This document shows positions 25,765 to 38,554 of a stretch of 64,000 nucleotides of DNA, in pieces. The notes under the pieces are model-generated. The model was not told the origin of the DNA. It saw nothing but the letters and a program-made list of their open reading frames with translations, and did no database searches. The stretch's first letter is position 1; every line of letters begins with the position of its first letter. The stretch is from Squalus acanthias (Eukaryota): NCBI GenBank assembly GCA_030390025.1, contig CM059432.1, positions 140,246,001 through 140,310,000 on the forward strand, written 5' to 3'. Position numbers and translations under genes: made by a program.

Positions 25765-25950
25765 AGTACCATATAAAATCTTACAGCACAGAAGGAGGCC
25801 ATTCGGCCCATCGTGCCTGTGCTGGCTCTTTGAAAGAGCTCTCCAATTAGTCCCACTCACCCTGCTCTTTCCCCATAGCCCTGCAAACATTTCCTTTTCA
25901 AGTATTTATCCGATTCCCTTTTGAAAATTACTATTGAATTTGCTTCCACC
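25765..25950 (-). mobile_element. CR1 3' tail
   Basis: Reverse-complement match to the tail at 3011-3220. Confidence 0.75.
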
Positions 25951-26360
25951 ACTAATAATAACAACTACTAATCCCAAATTTACGAGTCTTGCCTCTCCTG
26001 AAGTTTTATAGGCACCTGCTTCTCTAATAGGTTTCTCAATAAAAGAGGCAGCACCGGGGGAAGTAACAACAGACATACAGGGGGTGATTTTGCCAATGGG
26101 GAGCTTTTGGAGGCGGGACTCCCACTGGTCAGGTTTCAGTCCCGCCTCCAACAACTTCTGGCCAACCCACGCTATTTTCCCTTGATTGACCTTGTTAAGC
26201 TCGCCCAGCGGGCTTAGCAGGCCAATTAAGGGAAAGCCAGTTGCAGAGCACGTCAACGTATGATGTTTCATCTGTCAAAAATTTTTGACAGATGAATTGT
26301 CATCGTTTGACAGCTCTGTGAAGCTGTTAAACAGTGACATCCTCTGCAGTTTGATGAGGT

Positions 26361-29300
26361 TGTGGCGGATCGCCACCTAAACGGGCATTACCCACTTTTC
26401 CGTCCGTGGACAAAAATCGATGCACCTTCCTTTAAGGCACCTTACCTTTAAGGCAGGAGTGGGCGGGGCCTCGGGTTTTTCCAGAGAATTCTGGGAGCAG
26501 TCTGTTCAGCCATTTTGGACCATGTAGTTGCATTAAAGAAGTCTCTTGTTTTACACATATGGATTCAGCCTTAATTCGTGTTTCGCGGCAGCCTCAACAT
26601 TGGTGACCCTGACGCTCAGAACGTATTCCGAGCACTGCAATGGTGGACACGAACGCAGTTTCCGTGAAACTGCCGGAGTTTTGGGAAAACCAGCCCGAAG
26701 CCTGGTTTCTCCAAGCCGAATCTCGCTTCCGGCTGCAACGCATCACCACAGATGGGACGAAGTACAACTATCTCGTCACATCACTCGGTAGCTCCACAGT
26801 TTCGAAGGTTTGGACAACGCTGCAGAACCCACCAGAGGAAGGCAGGTACGCACATCTCAAGACAGCGCTCCTTAAAAAGTTTACGGCCTCGGCATATCAG
26901 CGAAACTGCCACCACCTCGACCTTCCAGGCCTTGGTGATGCCTCACCGTCAGACCTCCTCTCCCACATGCTCTCCCTCACCGACGAGAGCCCACCCGGAT
27001 CCCTCTTCCGCATGCTGTTCATCCGCCAGCTCCCTCTCAGCATCCGCCCAGCGATCGTGGCGTCCGGCCTCACGAACCTGGAAGCCCTGGCCGATGAGGC
27101 CGACAAGCTGCTGTCCGCTCACTCCAGCCACGACGTCACTCCGGACCTGGCAGCCAATGCCTGGGCGCGCCCCTCACCGGCCAGCACGCGGCCACAAGGG
27201 CCTGCCACCAGGCCCACGGGGCCTTCACGCCCCACTAACCCGGGCCACTGTTACTACCACGCACGGTTCGGCGCCAGGGCACAACGGTGCACACCTCGCT
27301 GCTCTTTCAAGTCCGCCCCCGTACCAGCCCCCGCGATGGCCGTGGGCCACGCGGGCTCCCTGCTGTTCGTCACGGATGACAAAACCGGCCGCCGGTTCCT
27401 GTGCGACACTGGGGCTCAGCACAGCATCATCCCGGCCTCCTCCCTCGACATCCAAAAGGGCGAACGAGGACCGGCGCTGGCTGCTGCTAATGGCTCGGAA
27501 ATCCGGACGTATGGCACCCGGACAGTCACCCTCGACCTCGCTGGTCGTCGCTACCGATGGGAGTTCATCACTGCCAAGGTGCTCTCCCCTCTCATCGGCG
27601 CAGATTTCCTGTGCGCCCACGGCCTACTGGTAGACATCCCTCGTCACCGCCTCGTGGACATGAACACCATGTCCCCCATCCTGGGTGCCATGGCCCCCCG
27701 TCAACCCGCCGACATGGCATCACAGTGCCACGCCCGGGCCACGGATGACTACTCGGCACTCCTGGCCGAATTCCCGGCCCTTACCAATCCGACCTTCTCC
27801 GCGGAGGCCGCCAAACACGGGGTGGAACACTTCATCCCCACCACAGGCCCCCCAGTGTACGCCCACGCCCGCAGGCTGGACCCGGCCAAACTGGAGATCG
27901 CGCGGACCGAGTTTGCCACCATGGAACAGCTCGGCATCATCCGCCGCTCCAACAGTCCCTGGGCCTCCCCACTCCACATCGCCCCCAAACCAGGCGGGGG
28001 TTGGCGCCCCTACGGGGATTACCGCCGCCTCAACGACGCCACCACCCCTGATCGGTACCCCGTGCCGCACATTCAGGACTTCTCGGCTAGACTGGCCGGC
28101 CGCTCAGTCTTTTCCAAGGTCGACCTGGTGCGCAGCTACCACCAAGTCCCCGTCCACCCCGTGGACGTCCCCAAGACGGCCGTAATCACCCCCTTCGGCC
28201 TGTTCGAGTTCCTGCGGATGCCCTTCGGCCTCAAAAACGCGGCCCAGGCATTCCAACGGCTCATGGACTCAGTCCTTCGGGACCTGAAGTTCCTGTTCGT
28301 CTACCTGGATGACATTCTGGTAGCCAGTTCCTCCAAGCAGGAACACCTCGAACACCTTCGCATCCTGTTCGGGCGCCTCAGCGACCACGGGCTCATCCTC
28401 AGCCCAGCCAAATGCCAGTTCGGCCTGGACAAGATCGACTTCCTCGGCCACCACATCACCCATGCTGGGGCCATTCCCCTGCCCACCAAGGTGCAGGCCG
28501 TCCAACAATTTCCCCGCCCCACCACAAAGGCCTCCAGGAGTTCCTCGGGATGGTGAATTTCTACAACCGCTTCATCCCCTAAGCGGCGTCCCTCATGAGG
28601 CCCCTGTATGAAGCCCTCCGGGGCAGGAGCGGCAAGATGGCGGTCGAATGGACGGCAGACGCGTCCGCCGCCTTCGACTCCACCAAGACCACGCTCGCCA
28701 ACGCCACCCTGCTCGCGCACCCACGGCCCAATGCCAGGGTAGCGCTCACCACGGACGCCTCCGACCACGCGGTCGGCGCCGTGTATGAGCAGTGGGTCGA
28801 CGGCGCCTGGCAACCACTTGCCTTCTTCAGCCGCCAACTATGCCCCCCGGAGGTCAAGTACAGCACCTTCGACCGCGAGCTCCTCGCGCTGTTCCTGGCG
28901 GTCCGCCATTTCCGGTTTTTGCTTGAGGGCCATCCCTTCACTGCGTTTGTCGACCACAAGCCCCTGACATTCGCAATGGCAAAGACAACCGACCCCTGGT
29001 CCGCCAGGCAGCAGCGCCAGCTCGCGGCAGTGTCCGAGTTCACCATGGACATCCAACACGTCTCCGGCCGAGACAATGTGGTAGCCGACTGCCTCTCCCG
29101 CCCCGCCATCCACGCCGCACACCTGGCAGTCGACTACGCTCAACTCGCAGCAGACCAGATCACCGACCCTGATCTGCTCTCCGCACCCACCAACCTACCA
29201 GGGCTACGCCTGGCCGACGTCGCCTGTTGCCCGACCGCAGTCACGGTCAAGTGCGACATATCCCTATGTCAACCTCGGCCCGTCGTCCCAGCGTCCTGGC

Positions 29301-30709
29301 GCCGCCGGGTATTCAACATCCTCCACAACCTCTCCCATCCCGGCGCCCGCGCATCCATCAAATTGGTAGCCAACCGCTTCGTCTGGCGCGGCCTTCGCAA
29401 GGATGTGCGTACTTGGGCCAACGCCTGCCTAGCCTACCAACGGGCCAAGGTACAGCAGCACACGAAAGCACCCCTCGAGGAGTTTACCGTCCCCTCGCGG
29501 AGATTCGACCACATCCACGTGGACATCGTCGGGCCCCTGCCGCCGTCGCAAGGCCACACGCACTTGCTGACCATCGTTGACCGCACCACACGCTGGCCCG
29601 AGGCAATTCCACTGACCTCTACCACCACCGCCGACATCGCCAGAGCCTTCGTCAGCACCTGGGTCGCACGGTTCGGCGTCCCCTCCGACATGACGTCAGA
29701 CAGAGGTCCGCAATTTACCTCTGAACTCTGGACCGCCGTCGCACGCAATCTCGGGGTGACCATTCACCGCACCACAGCGTACCACCCCCAAGCCAACGGA
29801 CTGTGTGAGCGGTTCCACAGATCCTTGAAGGCATCTCTTCGAGCCAGCCTCCAGGACGGCGCCTGCACCGACCGACTTCCGTGGGTCCTCCTCGGCCTGC
29901 GCACCGCGGTTAAAGAAGACCTCCACGCATCGGCAGCAGAGCTCGTGTACGGTCAGCCGCTGCGCGTACCCGGCGAGTTCCTGCCCACCGCCACGACACC
30001 CTGGTCAGCCGACCAGCAATGCCACGACTTCGCCTCACCGGCGCTGCAGTTCGCCCCAGTGCCCATTGCCCGACACGGCGAATCCACCTCACACGTCCCA
30101 CTAAGCCTGCACCAGGCACGGTTTGTTTTCGTCCGGCACGACGCCCACCGCGGACCCCTTCAACCCCCGTACGACGGGCCCTACAAGGTGCTACAGGCTG
30201 GGGACAAATTTTTCACCCTGCAAGTGGGCGACAGGACCGAAAAAGTGTCGGTTGACCGACTCAAGCCAGCACACTCGGAGCCCGGTGAGCAGGTCCCTGT
30301 AGCTCGTCCACCTCCACGCGGCCGACCTGCCCTCAAGCCGGTTCACCCGGCTGCTCCACGCCCGGCCGTTCCACGTCCACCGGCGTCCTATAAGAGCCGC
30401 TCCGGCCGGCCCATCAGACCGCCGCACCGTCTCGTCCACACCTCCTAAGCGGATTCTGGGGGGAGCTGTGTGGCGGATCGCCACCTAAACGGGCATTACC
30501 CACTTTTCCGTCCGTGGACAAAAATCGATGCACCATCCCTTTAAGGCACCTTACCTTTAAGGCAGGAGTGGGCGGGGCCTCAGGATTTTTCCAGAGAATT
30601 CTGGGAGCAGTCTGTTCAGCCATTTTGGACCATGCAGTTGCATTAAAGAAGTCTCTTGTTTTACACATATGGATTCAGCCTTAATTCGTGTTTCGCGGCA
30701 GCCTCAACA
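26361..30709 (+). mobile_element. Full-length Gypsy/Ty3 (Mag-type) LTR retrotransposon
   Basis: TG...CA LTRs at 26361-26599 and 30469-30709, TSD AGGT, primer-binding site TGGTGACCCTGACG (tRNA-Trp-like) at 26601, polypurine tract GGGGGGAG before the 3' LTR. Confidence 0.97.
26640..30448 (+). pseudogene. gag-pol: gag-pol (Gag, protease, RT, RNase H, integrase) with a frameshift near 28525 and a stop near 28580
   Basis: KLPEFW..PEAWF Gag start, CYYHARFG knuckle, LCDTGA protease, YLDDIL RT, TDASD RNase H, HPG...D..D..E integrase, GPY motif. Confidence 0.95.
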
Positions 30710-31590
30710 AGGTCTTGAATACAAGACCCCATCAAACTTCTTTCTTTTACAGAAATGAGATGGTTGTTGGATCTGTGAATGCAACGGCCACCTTTCATTC
30801 CCAATGCGGAGGTCCGAGACTCTCCGCATACACACCGACTGAAGCCTGCAGGAAGAAACAAAGGTAAGTACACTTTTAAAAACACTTTGCACTTACCTCA
30901 GATACTCACCTCTCCACACTTGCACCCATCACTTACCTTCACAGCACACTTTTGCACCCCTCCGACCCCCGTAGACCTAGTACTCGCCTCGCTGAGCTGG
31001 CGGGTTTTGGAGCCTTCGGGAAGCCCGCACTTGTGAGGGCAAAAAGGGGATAATCCTATTTTCTGCCTGTTAACTACCTGTCAACAGGCAGTTAATAGGC
31101 TTTAATCACTTCCCGCCTCCAAGGAGACGGGACCCGGCGCGGGACGGCTATCCGCCTCCTGGGAAGATGGCACGGAGGCGGGTTGGGCACCCGGCCCCAA
31201 ATTCTGCCATTTTCCCGGCAGACCTGCCTCCATACCTGCCTCCCCAGGGCTGGCAAAATCGCCCCCACAGAGTCATCATCCATATCCGTACAATGCATTT
31301 TGTAAAATATCAGGACGATAGAAACTTGAAGTTATCCAAACTGGGGGAATATTGGGTAAGTAAAACATAAAACTATTCAGTCCAAGTTAGATCTCACTTG
31401 GAACAAATGAAAAAAACAGTAGAGTCTTCTAAGACTTCTCTCTCCACTCCCATCCCTGTGGTTTTATTGCTTAGAAATATAGGAGGAGGAGGCCATTCAG
31501 CCCCTCGCGGCTGCTTCACCATGCCATTAGATCATGGCTGATCTGTATCTTAACTCCATCTACCCGCCTTGGTTCCATATCCCTGAATAC

Positions 31591-31757
31591 CAATGTTCCC
31601 TGTAATGTTTTTTTTGGTGCGCGCAGGCCCTTTAACCGGCTGCGCGGCCCAGTCAATTTCTCACAGCATGCGCGGTTATTTCAATTGTAAAGGTGTTGAG
31701 CGGCCTGCGCGGGACCTCCAGACCGCCGCGCGGCCACGCAGCTTAATGGAAACGTTG
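31591..31757. mobile_element. Small hAT-like MITE inside a CR1 tail (-)
   Basis: TIRs CAATGTTCCC / GGAAACGTTG; imperfect 8-bp TSD CTGAATAC/CTTGATAC. Confidence 0.55.
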
Positions 31758-32748
31758 CTTGATACCCTCGCTGAACAAAAATCTAGCAATCTCGGTTTTT
31801 GAAATTTTCAATTGACCCCCCGACCTCCACAGCTTTTTGGGGGAAGCCAGCCAGTTGTATGAGAATTAATGCACATTCTAAAGATCTCTGACTACTTAGT
31901 AACAACTTCTGATGTTGCCGAATATTGCTCTTGATTAATCAGCAGTGACAGAATGAGGTTGTTTTTTTTTACATACTTTGAAAGGACAGAGGATAGCAGG
32001 CCCCATCTTAGAAGTACCGATGCCTTCAAAAGAAGCATGGTTCCGTTTTCAAATTCCAGAGTGTTGCTAGCTTTATCAAGTACAGATGAAAATGATCAAA
32101 AACATACATGATCAGAACATTGCTGTTTTGGTGCTTTAAGGATGAAAAGCAACAAGGAGACCCAAACAACCTTTAATGTTGTTTGTTTTGATTGAGGAAG
32201 TATCTGTGCTTCTTCCTCCATCAGGAAACAATCTATTCGCGAAGTAACCAATAATAGTGAGGAGCTATTAGAAGGAACTCTTTGTGACCATTCCTGTTAT
32301 AGTTGCCCCTAACAGAGGAAACAAAATGGTGGAGCTCTTATTTGTTTTTCTTACGCCAGGATCATGTCTGGACAGAAAATAGTACGGTTACGAATGAAAT
32401 AGCTTACAAGATGGAAAAGAATAAATAGAAACAGATCCCCGTGTCAGCTGTGGCTCAGTGGGTAGCACTCTCGTCCCCTGAGTCAGAAGGTCACGGCTTT
32501 AAATCCCACTCCACAGACTTGAGCACAAAAATCTATGCTGGCAGTGCTGAGGGAGTGCTGCACTGTCGGAGGTGCCGTCTTTTGGATGAGATGTAAAACT
32601 GAGGCTCCGTCTGCTCTCTCAGGTGGGTGTAAAAGATCCCATGAGCTGGCCCTATTTCAAAGAAGCGGAGATGCCGGTGTTGGACTGGGGTGGACAAAAG
32701 TGAGAAGTCGCACAACACCAGGTTATAGTCCAACAGCTTTATTTGAAA

Positions 32749-32785
32749 TCACAAGCTTTCGGAGCGGCTGCTCTTCGTCAGGTGA
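32749..32785 (-). ncRNA. Minimal hammerhead ribozyme motif
   Basis: UCAC-CUGACGA-AGAGCAGCCGCUCC-GAA-AGCU-U-GUGA. Confidence 0.75.
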
Positions 32786-32890
32786 AGAAAATCTCCTCAT
32801 ACCCCCTCTATTTCTTTCACCAATTCTCTTAAATCTGTGTCCTCTGGTTACCGACCCACAGGCCAGTGGAAACAGTTTCTTCACCTCACC

Positions 32891-32928
32891 TCACCTGACG
32901 AAGGAGCAGCCGCTCCGAAAGCTTGTGG
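32891..32928 (+). ncRNA. Minimal hammerhead ribozyme motif
   Basis: UCAC-CUGACGA-AGGAGCAGCCGCUCC-GAA-AGCU-U-GUGG. Confidence 0.8.
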
Positions 32929-33775
32929 TTTCAAATAAAGCTGTTGGACTATAACCTGGTGTTGTGCGACTTCTCACTTTTATTTCAAAGAGGAGCAGGA
33001 GAGTTCTCCCCGGTGTCCTGGCCAATATTTATCCCTCAATTAACATCACTGCAACAGATTATCGGTTATTATCCCATTGCTGCTTGTGAGACCTTGCTGC
33101 GCACAAATTGGCTGCTGCGTTTCCAGCGCCTACACTTCAACAGAACTTCATTGGCTGTAAAGCGCTTTGGGATGTCCTGAGGTCGTGAAAGGTGCCGTAG
33201 AAATGCAAGTCTTTCTTTCTTTCTAGACTTGTTGCCAGAATGTTGCCAAGTCTGTGTGAAAAAGCCTATGTGGGCCTTGCACCTTGACTCCGTTAAAATA
33301 ATTTCCCACTGGGTACCTATCTCACTTAAGTAAACTACCGACATCAAACCGCCGTACCAACATCGCAATTAAAATGCTGACCATTTTCAACGACACTAAT
33401 CCAACCGGAACAGTGGTTGACCATCTCTATTGCCAGAACATTTCCAGGCCCTCAGAGAATTGCGTGCCTAGGCACAAGGTGACCTTTGGCCCTACGCGTG
33501 GCAATGAAACCTGCTGTACAGATAGGACTCCATGCAGAGGGAGAACAGCGAGCTGGCCTTGGAAACCAGTAACTCTTAATTTAGTCATGTGGCCAAGCTG
33601 ATGTCCGGGCAGATGTCTTGGCCGGGTACCTTAAGTGCATTTAGGGGTAGGATCCAGTGTGATCTGAGCTTGTAGATTTTAGGTATTGCGCCCATACATT
33701 GTGGACAATGGAATACATTCACCTCTTAAGAAACATAAAACCCGATGTAATTCTTTAAGTTTCACATAGGCCTTT

Positions 33776-34225
33776 GAACTTGCATTTATTTTATATAGAG
33801 CCTTTCACAATCTCAGGACGTCCCAAAGCGCTTTACAGCCAATGAAGTACGTTTGAAGTGTAGTCACTGTTGCAAAGTAGGAAACGCGGCAGCCAATTTG
33901 CACCCAGCAAGCTCCCACAAACAGCAGTGAGATAATGACCAGATCATCTGCTTTCGTGATGTTGGTTGAGGGATAAATATTGGCCCCAGGATACCAGGGA
34001 GAACTCCTCTTGCTCTTCTTTGAAATAGTGCCATGAGATCTTTTACGTCCACCTGAGAGAGCAGACGGGGCCTCGGTTTAACGTCTCATCCGAAAGACGG
34101 CACCTCCGACGGTGCAGCGCTCCATCGAAGTGTCAGCTTGGATTATGCGCTCCAGTCTCTGGACCGGGACTTGAACCCACAACCTTCTAACTAGGAGGCA
34201 AGAGCGCTACCCACTGAGCCAAGGC
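33776..34225 (-). mobile_element. Deu-domain SINE
   Basis: Reverse complement of the family, with A and B boxes (TGGCTCAGTGG; GGTTCAAGTCC). Confidence 0.85.
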
Positions 34226-35372
34226 TACCACTCCCTAATTAACTACATTTAAAATAGGCCGCGCTCTCCTAGTAAAGGGAACAATTTGTCCATCTAGGCG
34301 TAATGTTTGTGGGATGTTAACATTACTGGATTTTAACCAATGAAACCTTTTTATTTAAATCTGATTTTTTTCATTAATGCTGAACTATTAATACTTTTTA
34401 ATTGAAAAATAGGTTAATTTTTTATCGCTGTTTGAAACTTCAGCCTTTCGCGGCTCTCACCCGTGGATGGAAATGAAAGGCTCAAGTCCAGTGCTGGCCT
34501 AGCAGTGGTTCAAAGAGTTAACAATGGACGATCTGTAGTACACAGAGATGAATAAGCATTCAATGGTGCCAGATATATTTCTGAAATTGTACTAATGGTT
34601 GACTGGCGTTAAAACCTCGCACCCCCCTCTGTTCAGGAAGTTCACACTACCGCATGATCTTTGCCAAAACAATCTAAACATACATTCTGATGTGTCAGAC
34701 TGCATTATCTTCAAACATTACACGTGCTTGCAAGGTAATAAAACAATCTCTGGGCTTTGTTCGATTGCTGTTGCACTGCGTCTCTTGCTGCTGGTCTGGG
34801 ACTGGCACAAGGGCACGTCAGGGATGAACACGTTGGGCAGAGTTTACAAATCCGGGCACATGGTATACGGACTGGAGTGTGCCGGCACCTATCAGGAATT
34901 CTGGTCAACAGCAACAACTTGCATTTATACAGCGCCTTTAACGTAGTAAAACGTCCCAAGGTGCTTTGCAGGAGCGTTATGTGAGGTCAGCTAGCCACAC
35001 ATGATTGTATGTCAATATAATTTTAAATAAAACTTGCATCTACCATGTATCAGCTCCTACTTCTTTGACCAAGCTTTTGGTCATCTGCTCTAATATCTCC
35101 TTATGTGGCTCGGTGTCAAAATTTTGTGACGGGCCTTGGGATATTTTACTACATTAAATGCGGTATATAAAGTTGTTGGTGTTGTTGCTGAAGGGATTGA
35201 AACTTGGATTTTAGCATTGTTGGAACCTGGCAGCCATTGTCCCACCGCTAACAATCCCCTTTCCCTTCGGCACTTCTCTTTACCTGTGTTTTGAGGGGGG
35301 TGTGGTGATGAGAATCCAGAGAAAGCGTCAATGGAGACACTCACCCAGACTGGCAAGGCACTATAAGTGGCA

Positions 35373-35638
35373 ATTGCCATTTACCTGCAGATACCCAGTG
35401 CACTAGTGAAGCGAGTGTGCAACATGCAACGCTGAATTCCCTCCCTCCCCCATTGCCATTTACCCGCAGATACCCAGTGCACTAGTGAAGCGAGTGTGCA
35501 ACATGCAACGCTGAATTCCCTCCCTCCCCCATTGCCATTTACCTGCAGATACCCAGTGCACTAGTGAAGCGAGTGTGCAACATGCAATGCTGAAATCCCC
35601 CCTCCCCCATTGCCATTTACCCACAGATACCCGATGCA
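35373..35638. repeat. 79-bp tandem repeat, about 3.4 copies
   Basis: ATTGCCATTTACC..CAGATACC recurs at 35373, 35452, 35531 and 35609. Confidence 0.95.
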
Positions 35639-35689
35639 CCGCGTCTGGTGACTCAGGTGCTTCTACCGGAACCTATCAAGATGCCAAGG

Positions 35690-36480
35690 CATTAGAAGGC
35701 CGCACTTCCCCTGGGAGATGCTGAGGTAATGATGTGGGGGGTAGAAAGAGAAGCCATTGCTGGAGATGCTCTGGCTACAATTGGGTAGGTAAGAGTGGCG
35801 CCAAAGGTGGGCGACCCCACTGAGCTGGACAATGAAGGGTAGCAGTGGAGGAGGTTCATGTGCTTGACCGTGTCAAAGGCTGCAGAGAGGTCAAGGAGGG
35901 GTAATGCATCACAATCACAGAGGATGTGAGTTGTGGTTGATGAGAGTTGTTTTGGTTCAGTGGCAGAAACCTGATTGCAGAGATGCAAACATTGAGTTTC
36001 AGGAAAGCCGGCACAGATTTAAGAGTTGATAACACATTGAAGGACTTTGGAGAGGAAAGGGAAGGTTTGAGGGGGCGGATGGCCGCTTGCAAGGACAGAG
36101 GGGTTGAGGGGGTTTTATTGCGGAGGGGGTGATGAGGGCGATTTTGGGGGGGGGGAGGGATGGTGGTGATAGTACATGAGGAGAGGAAGCCATTTACAAT
36201 GCCAGCTAACATAGCAGCCAAGAAGGGAAGCTGGGCAATCAACAGCTTAGTGGGAATGGGTTCAAGGGTCTAGGAGGTGGGTTTCATGGATGAGATGAGC
36301 TTGGAGAGGACATGGCGGGGAGGGGGGGGGGGGAAGGGGGCAGCGCGATGGTCGGGGGGGGGAGAGATGAGAGAGAAATTAGAGAGAGATGAATGTTGAG
36401 GGCTAGGGCAGTGGGGAATTGAGGGGAAGGTTTGGTTTGGTGAGCTGGGGAAGGCTGGAGGGAAGCAGCGGATTGGCAGA
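35690..36480 (-). mobile_element. Old L2-like LINE RT fragment
   Basis: LLDLSAAFDTV motif. Confidence 0.65.
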
Positions 36481-37412
36481 CCCTGGCTCCATCAGCGCTG
36501 CGTGACAGCCTGCTTTTACACTGGCCTTTTGCAAGAACTTCATTTAAATATGATACGTGTTAAAAAGATGCTGGTAACTGCTGGCGTGCATTGGCATCCA
36601 TTCAGGACAGGATTATGCTGTGGGATCGGGTATCCGGAGTGGGCAATAAAGGAAGTCCCATCCGTGAAAAAGCAATCAAGGGGGAAGAAGCTTTTTTGTG
36701 TGATTTTTATTTATGTATTGCCATTTTCTTTGTGATGATTTCGGGGGGGTTTTTCTATCAGTTTTCATTTTTTTTTCCATCTGATTTGGGAGGGAGGGAA
36801 GTTTTACTGCCTCAGAACCAGTGTTTACACAGAAACAAAAACAGACAAATATACAGGGCTATTTTCCAAGCATATTTGCCATATTGGAAAGTTGCAGGCA
36901 CAGTTCCAGTGTACAGCGATGATTTTCTGCTATGCGCTGGCACCAGTCTTCACCTTGAATATTACATGAGGGCTGACCCCAGCATATTGGACGTGTCAAC
37001 CGTTTCTACTTTGTGCGCTTAAAAAACAATGCAGTGGTTTCACAGGCTCAGTACTGGGACTAGAGAACTTACCCTGCAACGTGGAATGTAAATAATGGGG
37101 AATAAAAGGTTTGGGGGAAGAAAGGGATAAATTTACTTGCAAATGAAGCACGTTGCGATAGAAGTATTCTAGGACAAACTTTACAACCCAGTACCCTTGG
37201 CAGTAGTGTAGCCAACCCACCAGGAGTGAAGATTAATCTCCAGGACACTTCTGCGAGCAACACAGGAGAAAAATCATTGGAGGCAATAAAAAAAATGTGT
37301 TTTATTTCCATTTTCTTTGAACACTTTCATTTATTAGTTCTAAAAATATTGGAGATGGGGAGAAAAAAGGCTGTTTGACTGAGAGTCAAGCTGAATCCAA
37401 TTGAGTAACAAA

Positions 37413-37939
37413 GGGCTGAATTTTAACACCCAAAAATGGGTGGGTTGGGGTTGGGTCAGATGTTAACATTTTAAAATCTCAAACCCGACCCCAACCCGCC
37501 CACTTCCGGGACAAGGGACAAGGGACAACCCAGCAGCTGAAGGGAGGCGAGGACATCTTCAAAGAGAAAGGAAGTGCCTTTACAGCACTGCTTGTGAGTC
37601 GAGAGGTGCAGGGGTGCTTCGTCCTGCCCCCCGCTAGCTCCCTCCTCATCAGACCCACCACCACCCCCCATACAAAGACCCCCCGGGGTCGGCGATCGGA
37701 AGCCCCTCCCCGTGACTGGGGATCGTACCGGGTCGAGGATTGGACTTATCTGCTCCTGCAGCTTGCTTCGGAGTCCTCCCCGTCAGGAAGTCAACCTGAT
37801 TAACAGGCTCGGCTTCCAGTCAGGCGGGGAGGACTTGTGGGCCAGGAGGAGCAGGAATTCCGGGTTTCCCGTCCAAAAACTCCACCCCTCCAGCCCCTGC
37901 CCCCTGCCTATGCAACCCGCCCCTGTAAATATCCAGGCC
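37413..37939. mobile_element. Harbinger-type MITE
   Basis: GGGCTGAATTTTA / TAAATATCCAGGCC termini, TSD AAA; subterminal similarity to 5195-6155. Confidence 0.75.
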
Positions 37940-38554
37940 AAAGAGTCTGTTCCCTTACCAATAGTCTAATAGAGCGGCGAGGCGGCAGAGGCAGCGGACC
38001 TGCAAGGGAACAGAGGCGGCGAGCGGCGGTACTTAAGGTGAGCCCCGAGGCGACAGCGAGGCCTAGAGCGGCGAGGCGGCGGACCTGCGAGGGAACAGAG
38101 GCGGCGAGCGGCGGTACTTAAGGTGAGCCCCGAGGCGGCAGCGAGGCCTAGAGCGGCGAGGCGGCAGAGGCGGCGGACCTGCGATGGAACAGAGGCAGCG
38201 AGCGGCGGTACTTAAGGTGAGCCCCGAGGCGGCGGCGAGGCGGCGGACCTGCGAGGGAACAGAGGCGGCGAGCAGCGGTACTTAAGGTGAGCCCCGAGGC
38301 GGCTTACAAATCCAGGTTCCGGGAGAGGGAAACAAAAAGTATTCATAGTGTGACGTCACCAAAAAGCAGGTAAGTGATTGGTTGGTGAGTGTTTTCTTTC
38401 TCAATTTTTCTAAACTTAAATTTTGTTGTTTCTACGGTCTCTTTGTGTAGCGGGGACTACTGTTAAGCAAGGGCCCTTGAGTATATCACTTAATTCCAGT
38501 GTAATTGGTGGGATCCATTTAATTTAAATTAATTAATTAATTAAAGGGTAAGTC

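Larger units (their letters stand above)
26080..31266. mobile_element. Harbinger-type MITE (related to 9288-10133, inverted) split by a Gypsy insertion
   Basis: TIRs GGGGGTGATTTTGCCA / TGGCAAAATCGCCCCC, TSD ACA. Confidence 0.85.
32666..32980. mobile_element. Penelope-derived fold-back element (two inverted pseudo-LTR arms around a CR1 fragment)
   Basis: Arms at 32666-32787 (-) and 32889-32980 (+); TSD TATTTCAAAGA. Confidence 0.85.
32446..33222 (+). mobile_element. Deu-domain SINE interrupted by a Penelope-derived fold-back
   Basis: TGGCTCAGTGGGTAG A-box, Deu core and L2-type tail. Confidence 0.8.

Noticed and set aside
26752..27633. 293-aa overlapping ORF and antisense ORFs in the Gypsy element
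   Set aside because: Expected shadow ORFs in GC-rich coding DNA; no recognisable motifs
36591..37022. 143-aa ORF in unique sequence
   Set aside because: Non-ATG start, T-rich low complexity and no recognisable domain
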